From Mobula hypostoma (lineage: Eukaryota): a stretch of DNA of 64,000 nt. A program made the translations under genes and the position numbers. Below are positions 10,877-22,430 of this stretch, piece by piece. The stretch lies in NCBI RefSeq assembly GCF_963921235.1, contig NC_086097.1:175958001-176022000 (forward strand), in the 5' to 3' direction. The notes beneath the pieces are model-generated. The model was not told where the DNA came from and ran no database searches. It saw only the letters and a program-made list of their open reading frames with translations. Each line of letters starts with the position of its first letter. Position 1 is the stretch's first letter.

Positions 10877-12689
10877 TGCCATTTTTCAGCCCATTTTTCC
10901 AGCTGGTCCAAGTCCCTCTGCAGGCTCTGAAAACCTTCCTCACTGTCTACTACACCTCCAATCTTTGTATCATCAGCAAACTTGCTGATCCAATTTACCA
11001 CATTATCATCCAGATCATTAATATAAATGACAAATAACAATGGACCCAGCACTGATCCCTGTGGCATACCACTAGTCACAGGCCTCCACTCAGAGAAGCA
11101 ATTCTCTACCACCGCTCTCTGGCTTCTTCCATCGAGCCAATGTCTAATCCAATTTACCACCTCTCCATGTATACCTAGTGACTGAATTTTCCTAACTAAC
11201 CTCCCATGCGGGACCTTGTTAAAGGCCTTACTGAAGTCCATGCAGACAATATCCACTGCCTTCCCTTCATCCACTTTCCTGGTAACCTCCTCGAAAAACT
11301 CCAACAGATTGGTCAAACATGACCTACCACGCACAAAGCCATGTTGACTCTCCCTAATAAGCCCCTGTCTATCCAAATGCTTGTAGATTCTGTCTCTTAG
11401 TACTCCCTCCAATAACTTACCTACTACTGACGTTAAACTCACCGGCCTATAATTTCCCGGATTACTTTTCGATCCTTTTTTAAACAACGGAACAACATGA
11501 GCCACTCTCCAATCCTCCGGCACTTCACCCGTAGACAGAGACATTTTAAATATTTCTGCCAGGGCCCCCGCAATTTCAGCACTAGTCTCCTTCAAGGTCC
11601 GAGGGAACACTCTGTCAGGTCCCGGGGATTTATCCACTTTAATTTTCCTCAAGACAGCAAGCACCTCCTCCTTTTCAATCTGTACAGTTTCCATGGTCTC
11701 ACTACTTGATTCCCTCAATTCCACAGATTTCATGCCAGCTTCCTTAGTAAATACAGACGCAAAAAACCTATTTAAGATCTCCCCCATTTCCTTTGGTTCC
11801 ACACAAAGTCGACCACTCTGATCTTCAAAGAGGACCAATTTTATCCCTTACAATCCTTTTGCTCTTAATATACTTGTAAAAGCTCTTTGGATTATCCTTC
11901 ACTTTGACTGCCAAGGCAACCTCATGTCTTCTTTTTGCCCTCCTGATTTCTTCCTTAAGTATTTTCTTGCACTTCTTATACTCCTCAAGCACCTGATTTA
12001 CCCCCTGTTTCCTATACATTTCATACAACTCCCTCTTCTTATCAGAGTTGCAATATCCCTTGAGAACCAAGGTTCCTTATTCCTATTCAATTTGCCTTTA
12101 ATCCTGACAGGAACATACGAACTCTGCACTCTCAAAATTTCCCCTTTGAAGGCTTCCCACCTACCAATCACATCTTTGCCAGAGAACAACCTGTCCCAAT
12201 CCACGCTTTTTAGATCCTTTCTCATTTCTTCAAATTTGGCCTTCTTCCAGTTCAGAACCTCAACCCTAGGACCAGATCTATCCTCGTCCATGATCAAATT
12301 GAAACTAATGGTGTTATGATCACTGGAACCAAAGTGCTCCCCTACACAGACTTCTGTCACTTGCCCTAATTCGTTTCCTAACAGGAGATCCAATATTGCA
12401 TCCCTTCACAGACAAACAAATCACTGAAGATGCTCCACAAGAATCACAGATTCACAACACTGAATGGCAAACGGCATTCAATGCAGAAAAGAGTGAGGTC
12501 AAGTTCAATAAAAATATTTAAAAAACACTTGGACAAGCACATGGGTAGGGAAGTGCTAAAGGCATATAAGCCATGTGAGCACCTAGGTTACAGGGATGGG
12601 TTTGTCAGGTTAAGGAGTTTTCTTCCTTGGAGAATGAAGGATGACCCTTTGGAGGAGGATAAAATCATGAGTGTTATAGATAGGGTAGT

Positions 12690-14575
12690 CACCTTAAGAT
12701 ACAGGAGCAGAATTAGGCCATTCGGACCATTTCGTCAAGGTTAATACATTTTCCCTCTCAGCTCCAATCTCCGTCCTTTTCCCTGTATCCTTTCATGTTC
12801 TGACTACTCAAAAATCTATCCATTTCTGCCTTAAATATACCAAATGACTTGGCTTCCACGGCTGCCTGTGGCAGCAGACTCCATAAATTCACCGTTCTCT
12901 GGCTAAAGAAGATCTTCTGCATCTCAATTCTAAATGGCCATACCACTATTCATTCTAAGTCTGTGTCTTCTGGTATTACTCTCCCGACATAGGAAACATC
13001 CTCTCCACATCCACTCTATCAAGGCCTTTCAACATTTGATAGGTTCCAATAAGATCCTCCCTCATCCTTCAGAATTTCAGAGTACAGGCCTAGAGCTATC
13101 AAAAACTCCTCATATTATCACAGAATCATTTTTGTGAGCATCCTTTTAACCTTCTCCAATGTCAGCACATCCTTTCTTAGATAAGGGCTCCAAAACTGCT
13201 TGCAGTGCTCCAAGTGAGGCCTCACCGCTGTTTTATAAAGCCTCGACATATATTCTTTTATATTCTAGTCCTCTTGAAATGAACACTAACATTGCATTTG
13301 CCTTCATCACCACCTGATTCAACCTGTAAATTAGCATTCAGGAAATCCTACAAGAGGACTCCCAAGTCCCTTTGCGCATTGGAATTTTTAATTTTCTCTC
13401 CATTTAGAAAATAGTCTAACCTTTTATTTCTTCTATCAAAGTGCATGACCATACACTTACCATATATTTCATCTGCCACTTCTTTGCCCATTCCCCTAAT
13501 TTAAGTCCTTCTGTAGCCTCACTACTTCCTCAAAACTATCTGCCCCTCCAATCTTCGTATTGTCTGCAAACTTGGCCACAAAACCATCAATTCTGTCATC
13601 TAAATCAATGACATAGAATGTAAAAAGCAGTCTCAACACGCACTATGTGGAACACCACTAGTCACCAGCAGACAACCAGGAAAGGGTCCCTTTATTCCTA
13701 CGCTTTGCCTTCTGCCAACCAGCCAATGCTCTGTCCATGCTAGTATCTTTCCTTTAACACCATTGACACTTCAGTTGTTAACCAGCCTCATGTATGACAC
13801 CTTGTCAAACGCCTTCTGAAAACCCAGATTCTCCTTTGTCTATCCTGCTTGTTATTTCCTGAAAGAATTCCAACAGATTTGTCAGGCAAGATTTTCCCTC
13901 AAGGAAACCATGCCTATTTTATCATAAGCCTCCAAGTACCCCAGATCCTTAATAATTGTCTCCAATATCGTCCCAACCAGTGAGAACTGGCCTATAATTT
14001 CCTTTCTTATGTCTCTCTCCCTTTTTAAGGAATGGAGTGCATTTAAATCTTTCCAGTCCTCCAGAACCATGCCAGAATCTAGTGATTTTTGAAAGATCAT
14101 TACTAATGCCTCCACAACCTTTCAGCTGCCTCTTTTAGTACCCTGGGGTGTATACTATCTGACTTATTTTCCCTCAGACCTTTTAGTTTCCCAAGAACCT
14201 TCTGTCATGTAATGACATCTTCACACTCCTGTCCCCTGGTATTCTTGAACTTCTGGCACACCACTAGTGTCTTCCACAGTGAAGACTGACACAAAATACT
14301 TATTTAGTTTGTCTGCCATTTCCTTATCCCCTATTACTATCTCTTTAGCAACATCTTTCAGTGGCCATTATCTTCTCTCACCTCTCTTTTACACTTTATA
14401 TACCTGAAGAAACTTCTGGTATCTTCTTTAATATTATTGGCTAGCTTACCTTTGTATTCCACCTTTTCCTTCTTTACGATTTGTTTCTAGTTGCCTTATG
14501 TTGGTTTTTAAAAAGATTCCCAATCCTCTAAGTTCCCACTCAGTTTTTTTTTTGCTTCTGTTATGTGCTTTCTCT
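12690..14575 (-). mobile_element. Degenerate CR1 LINE ORF2
   Basis: EALVMIFQKSLDSG..EDWK remnant; CR1 3' UTR. Confidence 0.8.
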
Positions 14576-16340
14576 TACCAAGATGCTGCCTGGATTAGAT
14601 AGAATGAGCTAAAATAACAGATTGAATTGTTTTCTATTGAGGTCGAGGGGAGACCCGATTGAAGGTTATAAAATCATGAGAGGCATTAATAGGGTAGAAA
14701 AAAAGCTCCATCTTGCTCAACCTTGCAGTCAGAATCTCTTTTCTTCCTCCCCACACCCAGAGTAGAAAGTATTTATGGCAAGAAGATATGCAGTTAAGGT
14801 GAGAGGGGAAATTGAGGGAAAAGCTTTTTTTAAAAAATACAACACACACGCACACGCATGATGGGTGCCTGGAATGGGCAATAGTAGAAGCAGAACAATA
14901 GTTGTGTTTAAGATAATGTTAGACACTTGAAAATGCAAGGAATGGGATGATATGCATCATGTACAAATAGAAAAAAATTAGTTTAATTCAGCATTGCATT
15001 CAAGACCATAAGATATTGGAGCAGAATTAGACCATTTGGCCCATCGAGTCCATACATTTGGCCCATACATTGTTGGCTGAAGGCCAAGTTCCTGTGCTGT
15101 ACTATTCTATGCAAAGTTGAGCTGAGGTTTGAAAATGGCAGATCAGAATAGAGGGGCTGAATGATCTCATCTCTGAATGGTGATTTTTATTTAGTCCCAT
15201 GCGTCAGCTATCAAACGTCAAAAGGCAAGTCAAAGCTGTCAGAACATGCTTCAAGATGTAGTAATCACACAAATACAGGTGGTACAGGCTGCTGTCTTCA
15301 TGGTACGTCAGGGATCTTTCTGATGGTATTGTACATGTAAGTACACTGAGGCCAGGAGCAAAATACCATGCAGGTGTTAGCTGATAGCTACACGAAGAAA
15401 AGCAGCCAGTCAGCAGAGTGCAAGAACAAAGAGGAAGGTTTAAGGACCAACTCCCATACCAATAATGAAAGAAAAATGTTGCCAAGTGGGTGAGCATATA
15501 CAGGTAGTTGGCAGCCAGCACACATGCAAAAACTCTGAAGTTCACCCACTCTGCCTACAGTTTCATTTGGCTAACACACTAATTGGGAAAATGGTGAAGG
15601 GATACACTTCGGAAGGTTGAACTTGAAGGTGGAGTAATGGCAGGATTCCTATCAGTGTGGAGGAATAGAGGGATCTTGGGGTCCAAGTTCATAGCTTCCC
15701 TCAAATTTGCCAGCAGATTGATAGGGTGGTTAAGAGGGTGTATCGTGGATAAAGGAAGGCCTTTATTAGTCAGGGTACTAAGTTCAAGAGCTGGTGCTGT
15801 GAGGTAAAGTTGCACTTAAAAACTCTGGCTAGACCAAACTTGGAATAGTGTGTTCAGATCTATTTGCCTCTTTGTAGGAAGATGTGGAAGCTTTAGTGAG
15901 GGTGCAGAGGAGATTCACCAGGATACTGCTCAGAGTAGAGAGCATGGCTTATGAGGAACTTTCAGAATGGAGGAGGATGAGAGGTGACTTGATAGAGGTG
16001 TATAAGATAACAAGCCGCATTGGTAGAGTGGACAGCCAGTTCCTTTTTCAACCCCAGGGTGGAAATGGTTAAAATAAGAGGGCATAATTTTAAGTTTGGG
16101 GGGGTGGGGAGATGTGGGGAAGACTTGGGAGGTAGTTTTTTTTTTAAAAGCACAGAGTGGTGCATGCATAGAACACACTGCTGGGGTTTTGTAGTGGTAG
16201 ATACATTGGGGACATTTACGAGACTCTTGGGTACACGAATAAAAGAAAATGAGTGGGCTAAGCAAGAGGGAAGGCTTAGATTAATCATGGAATAGGATAA
16301 AAGATGCATCGTGGGCCAAAGTGCCTGCATTGTTCTATGT
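14576..16340 (+). mobile_element. Two CR1 3' remnants (about 14576-15110 and 15580-16340) around an unassigned segment
   Basis: RVQRRFTR and RGDLIEVYKI remnants. Confidence 0.65.
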
Positions 16341-17554
16341 TCAGGTGCTTGTTTCGATTAATGTTGAGAGAGTACCTGTCTCCACGATTGCATCAGACAG
16401 GGCATTTATGTCAAGTCAAGTCGAATTTATTGTCATATGCACAAATATGGTGAGGTACAGGTACAATGAAAAATTTGCCAGCAGCAACATCAAAGCACAG
16501 ACAACACACAAAACACGAATTATACCAGACAGTGAAGATAAAAAGGGGCAGTACGGAAAGACATGCAATCAGAACCAAGTCCACAGCCGTGCGAAAGATG
16601 GCTCATGGTGTCCTGTGACTGTGGTAGAGTTAGATTCTGCAGATCAGTCCAGATTACAACCACCATCTGGGTGAAAATTTTCATTTCTCCTCTGGGCCTT
16701 TAACTCCTTACTGTAAACCTGTGCTTTCTAGATTTTCCACTCCTGCTCAGGGAAAAAGTTTCCTACCCTTCCTGTACCCTTCATAATTTGTGTACATCAA
16801 TTTGGCATCACAATCTCTTTGAACTTCATCAATTTTTAAATTGATGCACCATAGGAAGCATAACGACGTGGAATGGCATCACGGAAGCCTGCCTCCCTTC
16901 CACAGACTGTACACTTCTCTCTGCTGCAATAAAGCAGTCAGCATAATCAAAGACCACACACCCTGGACATTCTTTCTTATTCATCCTCCATCAAGCAGAA
17001 GGCACAAGAGCCTGAAGGTATGGACCACCAAGCTCAAGAACAGCTTCTATCCCACTGTTAAGACTAGTGAACAGTTCTTCTGTACAGACTCTTGACTTCA
17101 CAATTCGTCTAGTTATGACATCGTATCTTATGGTCTTTATGCACTGCACTTTCTCTGTAACTAACATTTTCATTCTGCATTCTATTATTGTTTTACCTCA
17201 AAGTATCTGCATGGACAACATGCAGGAAAAAAAATTCACTGTATCTTAGTACGTGACAATAATAAACTGATTTATCCATTTGTAAACATAATTATACCCA
17301 CCTCTATCACTTCCTCTGGTAGCTTGTTCCAAACATGCACCACCACCTACATAAAAGCCTTGCCCATTTACCTTAAACCCATTTCCGCCAGTTTTAAACT
17401 TCTTTACCCTGGGAAAAAGACTTCATTTTACCCTGGGTAAGGGAGTCTAGAACTGGACAGAAAAAGAGGATAAGAGAGCATGTCTGGGGTGGGTGAGGGC
17501 TTTGATTACATTGGCTGCTTTACCAGCAGCAAGTGTGAACAGAGCTCAACTAAA

Positions 17555-19210
17555 TTTATTATCAAAGCACGTACATGTCACTATATACAACCCCAAGATT
17601 CAATTTCTTGCAGGCATACTCAATAAATCCAAAACAGAATAATAATAACAATAATAGAATAGACTGCACCAACTAGGCATTCAACCTGCCTGCAAAAGAC
17701 AACAAACTCATATACAAAAAAAGAGAGAAAACGAGATGAAGAGTCCTTCAAAGTGAGTTCATTGGTTGTGGGAACATTTCAATGACAGACAAGTGAAGTT
17801 ATCCCCTTTGGTTAAAGAGCCTGATGGTTGAGGGGTAATAACTATTCCTGATCCTGGTGGTGTGAGTCCTGAGGCTCCCGTATTTTCTTCCTGATGGCAG
17901 CAGTGAGAAGAGAGCACGTCCTGGGTGGTGGGGGTCCCTGATGATGGATGCTGTTTTCCTGCAACAGCATTTCATGTAGATGTGCAGGGAGTTCCTTATT
18001 TGTGATGGACTGAGCTGTATCCACTACTTTTTATAGGATTTTCCGTTCAAGGGCAATGGTGCACCCATACCAGGCTGTGATACAGCCAGTCAATATACTC
18101 TCACTACAATCTATAGAAGCATGTCAAAATTTTAGATGTCATACCAAACCTTCGCAGACTTATAAAGGAAGGAGAGGCATTGCTGTGCTTTCTCTGTAAA
18201 GGCACTTGTGTGCTGGGCCCAGGGGAGGTCTTCTGAAATTACATCACAGAGGCACTTAAAATTGCTGACACTCTCCACCTCTGAAACGCCAGTGGGAACT
18301 AACTCATGGTCCTCTGGTTTCCTCAAGTCAATAATCAGCTCCCTGGTCTTGCTGAGATTAGGAGGTTGTTGTTATGGTACCACTCAGCCAGATTTTCATT
18401 CTCCCTGCTATATTCTGATTTATGACCACCTTTGATTCAGCCTATGACAGTGATATTGTTAGCAAACTTGAATATGGCATTGGAGCTGTGCCTAGCCACA
18501 CAGTCACAAGTGTAAAGTGAGTTAATCAGGGGGCGAAATACAGTCTTGTGGCGTACCTGTGCTGATGGAGATTGTGGTGGAGATCTTGTTGCCAATCTGA
18601 ACTGACTGGGGTCTGCAGGCGAGGAAATGGAAGAACCAATTGCACAAGGAGGTATTGAGGTCAAGGTCTTGAATCTTATTGATTAGTTTTGAGGGGATGA
18701 TGGTATTGAATTCCAAGCTGAAATCAATAAAGAGCATCCCGATGTATGCTTGAAGCAGGTGGATACCTCAGACAGCCGAAGCGAGAGGTTAAGGATCTGA
18801 GTGAATACTCCAGCCAATTGATCAGCACAGATTTTTGGTACTTAGTCAGATACCCAGTCTTGGTCAAATGCTTTTTGTGAATTCACTCTCCTGAAAGCTG
18901 CTTGTACATCAGCCTCAGACGCTACAAACATCGGATCATCAGCAGCTGTGGGAGTTTGTGATGATTCGTCCATGTTTTGTTGGTCAAAGTGAGCATAAAA
19001 GACACTGAGCTCATCTGGAAGCAAATTCCTGTTGTCACCCACGTCGTTATGCCATTGAAAGGGAGGCTGGTTGTACGATGTGACAAATTGAACTACAAAC
19101 CCATACACCTTTGGAATTGTGAAGAAACTGTAGCACATGAAGGAAACTGTGCAGAGCTTTTCTGAGGAGAGTTTTTCTTCCTTCTCCCGTCTGCATGAGA
19201 TGTGGGACAT
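17555..19210 (-). mobile_element. Degenerate Rex1/Babar-like LINE
   Basis: [28 protein letters not shown] and KFANNITVIG remnants. Confidence 0.8.
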
Positions 19211-19211
19211 C

Positions 19212-19435
19212 TGAGAAACTTTGAACTCTACTGTGCTCATGGACGTCTTCATCAACTTATGGTATTGTGCACTGTTGTAACTGTATGTTATAATTATGTG
19301 GTTTTGTCAGTTCTTCCAGTCTTGGTCTGTCCTGTGTTTTGTGATGTCACACCGGAGGAAATAATGTATCATTTCTTAATGCATGCATTACTAAATGACA
19401 ATAAAAGAGGACTGCGTGCCTTCTCCATAATCTAA
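19212..19435 (+). mobile_element. 5'-truncated relative of the 7558-8236 element
   Basis: Aligns by eye with 8009-8236. Confidence 0.75.
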
Positions 19436-19741
19436 ACTCACATTGTCCCTCACAGGCAGTGGTGGAATAGAGTCTCTGGTGCTGTGACAGTGTTAAGCTA
19501 TCTGACATGATACTGTGCTGCACCATATTATTAACCTGCACTGCACTCTTGGCAGCTTTTTCACTTTGTTCTGCATTGTTATTGTTTTATCTTATTTTAC
19601 CTCAAAGCACTATAGTTAATTGATCTGTATACACAGTATCCAAGGCAAGTTTTTCTTGGTATATTTGTCAATAATAAGCCTATAGCTACCACAGTTGAAA
19701 AGTAATTTGAACCCAGTGACTGCCTCAAGTCCCATCCCCCA

Positions 19742-21569
19742 CCCTGGAAAGCCATTAAGGGTGCCAAGAGGCAATATTGAGCCGAGCTGGAAGCCCAGGC
19801 TCACCAGAGGGATGCTGGTAGACTATGGCAGGGTCTAAATGAGATCACTGGGCGCAAAGAAAAGGCTGGGAGTATCAATAACTGTGGCGCATCTCTTCCT
19901 GATGAACTTAACATATTCTACGCAAGATTCAAACAGAAGAGGAGCGTCCCACTCCCTCCAGATGAACTGGACCCGGTGGCATCGAGATTCATTGTCACCG
20001 AGGACGTTAGAAGGGCTTTCCTGAAGATAAATCCAAGGAAGGCGACGGGCCCAGATGGCGTCTCAGGACGGGTTCTCCGGGCCTGTGCAAGCAAGCTAGC
20101 TGGAGTGTTTGCTGACATCTTCAACTGCTCCTTGCTTCACTCTAAGATCCCCTTGTGTTTTAAGAAGGTAACAATAATCCCGATGCCGAAGAAGAGCAAA
20201 GTGGCATGCCTGAATGACTATCGACCTGTGGCTCTGACATCGATTGGTATGAAGTGCTTCGAGAGATTGGTTATGGCACACATCAACCACAGCCTACTGG
20301 TCAACCTCGATGCTTTGCAATTCGCCTACCAGAGCAACAGGTCAATGGCAGATGCCATCTCTCTGGCCCTATATTCCTCCTTAGAAAACCCTGGAGAATA
20401 AAGACGCATATGTAAGGCTCCTTTTCATTAACTACAGCTCTGCCTTTAATACCATCATTCCAAATAATCTGATTCCTAAACTCCAGAACCTGGGCCTTAG
20501 CACTCAGATCTGCAGCTGGAACTTCCCCACAGACAGGACCCAGGCTGTAAAAATAGGGGACAAGCTCTCCTCTACAATCACTCTGAGCACCGGTACCCCA
20601 CAAGGCTGTGTACTCAGCCCCATGCTGTACTCACTGTACACCCATGATTGTGTAGCCAAGTTTCCATCAAACTCAATATACAAGTTTTCTGATGACACAA
20701 CAATTGTAGGCTGTATCTCAGGTAATGATGAGTTTGAGTACAGAGAGGAAATTAAGCACCTGGTGGCATGGTGCGAAGACAATAACCTATCCCTCAACGT
20801 CAGCAAGACGAAGGAATTGGTTGTTGACTTCAGAAGGAGTAGCGGACCGCACGGCCCCATTTACATCGGTGCTGCGCAAGTGGAACAGGTCAAAAGCTTT
20901 AAGTTCCTCGGGGTCAATATCACAAATGACCTGACTTGGTCCAACCAAGCAGAGTCCACTGCCAAGAAGGCCCACCAGCGCTTTTACTTCCTGAGAAAGC
21001 TAAAGAAATTTGGCCTGTCCCCTAAAACCCTCACTAATTTTTATAGATGCACCGTAGAAAGCATTCTTCTAGGGTGCATCACAAAATGGTATGGAAGTTG
21101 TCCTGTCCAAGACCGGAAGGAGCTGCAGAAGATCGTGAACAAGGCCCAGCACATCACACAAACCAATCTTCCGTCCTTGGACTCACTTTACACTGCACGC
21201 TGTCAGAGCAGTGCTGCCAGGATAATCAAGGACACAACCCACCCAGCCAACACACATTTCGTCCCTCTTCCCTCCAGGAGAAGGCTCAGGAGCTTGAAGA
21301 CTCGGACGGCCAGATTTGGGAACAGCTTCTTTCCAACTGTGATAAGACTGCTGAACAGATCCTGACCATGATCTGGACCTGCCTCTGTTTTTTTTTCCAC
21401 TACCTTACCTTCCCTTTTCTATTTTCTATTTCTGATTTGTTATTTTTATTTTTCAATATTTACTATCGATTTGTAATCCACGGAGCGCGAAGCGCAGAAT
21501 TAAATATCGCTGTGATGATTGTACGCTCTAGTATCAATTGTTTGGCAACAATAAAGTAAAATAAAGTAC
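19742..21569 (+). mobile_element. Young Rex1/Babar-like LINE (RT region, frameshifted)
   Basis: ORFs 19976-20401 (KATGPDG, NDYRPVALTS) and 20622-21365 (KFSDDTT); aataaagtaaaataaagta tail. Confidence 0.92.
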
Positions 21570-22123
21570 TGACTAATGCCAATGATAAAACTTTGACTTT
21601 CAACAACCTTTGCTTCCAAGCCTCTGCCGTCACGTCTTTTCCTCGCCCCATTCTGATATTCTGGAAATCCAACAATCCTGACAGCTCCCCATTTAAAAAA
21701 AAATGTAGCATGGCCCCAATCATCAGTCCAAGCCTTTATTGACCCCTCTCTCTCTCTCATCGGGTGAGGTAGCCCTGGAAACCATCAGTTTCACCCTAGA
21801 AAACGTCACGTCTATCGCATTAGTCAGATGCAGGCTGAGTGTCCAAAATACAACCTTCCATTGGAAAGTTAAGGTTTGATTGTTAAAACAACCCCAGGAA
21901 CTTTAGAAAAAAAGGTACAAGCAGCAGGAAACCGATTTAATCTAATCGCTATAAAAGCAAAAGGTCCACTCACAAACTGGGAGATGTAGAGAAGGAAGTT
22001 GTGGGAAAGAGGGAGCTGTAGGAATTCAGTGTAGATGCCATAGATTAGAACACAGGCATAACCACAAACTCTAATCTTATACTAAAGGACACTTCAGAAA
22101 CTTTTGGATAAGTCTGTACTCGC

Positions 22124-22183
22124 CAGTAAAAGTAGTACGCTGATAAGAACCGCTCGTCTCCAGCAGGGTAGCCCGAACATCAT
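22124..22183 (-). CDS. Desmocollin-like gene exon 1, signal peptide MMFGLPCWRRAVLISVLLLL
   Basis: Inside a CpG-rich island; basic then hydrophobic signal-peptide pattern; ends phase 0 at CTG|GCGAGT (GC donor), matching the phase-0 acceptor of exon 2. Confidence 0.78.
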
Positions 22184-22430
22184 CCCAGCACGGTGTTCGC
22201 GTCCACCGCCCGCTACTCTGCGCAAGCACGTACAGCGCAGCCAGGCCTTACCTGCGCGACTGCTCCACCCCATGAGTCAGATGGGCGGAGACGCGAGGTG
22301 CTGAAAGGGGATCGGGGAGAGGCAGGGAGGCGGAGGCGGGCGGGAGAGTGACGTGAGAGGAAGGAGGCTCGAGGAATCGGGAAGATGGAAGAGGAGGAGC
22401 AGAGTGTGGGAGTGCGGGCGGGGAGTGGAA
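22140..22430 (-). promoter_or_regulatory. CpG-rich promoter/5' region of the desmocollin-like gene
   Basis: Local CpG enrichment not explained by a repeat; AP-1 site TGAGTCA 22273-22279; GGGCGG boxes near 22283, 22338 and 22416; TGACGT near 22349. Confidence 0.65.

Larger units (their letters stand above)
9917..12405 (-). mobile_element. Young CR1 LINE, ORF2 (endonuclease C-terminus plus RT) broken by indels and a nested insertion
   Basis: ORFs 11998-12393 (GSSDHN), 11825-12070, 10738-11838 ([24 protein letters not shown]) and 9996-10943; (TTCTATGG)n tail. Confidence 0.95.

Noticed and set aside
9996..11838. Two long overlapping RT ORFs with novel-looking ends
   Set aside because: One CR1 ORF2 frameshifted by the 142-bp insertion plus 9-bp duplication; the odd peptides are read-through of the insert.
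15200..15560. Unassigned segment between CR1 remnants
   Set aside because: No splice-consistent frame or repeat motif that I can recognise.
21974..22041. Alternative first exon (ATG 22041 to GTGAGT donor at 21973)
   Set aside because: 68 nt, phase 2, incompatible with exon 2, and the peptide is not signal-like.
3226..22183. Calling the left gene CDH2 (N-cadherin)
   Set aside because: Prodomain looks too divergent and intron 2 too short for this conserved gene; left without a symbol because mature domains are outside the window.
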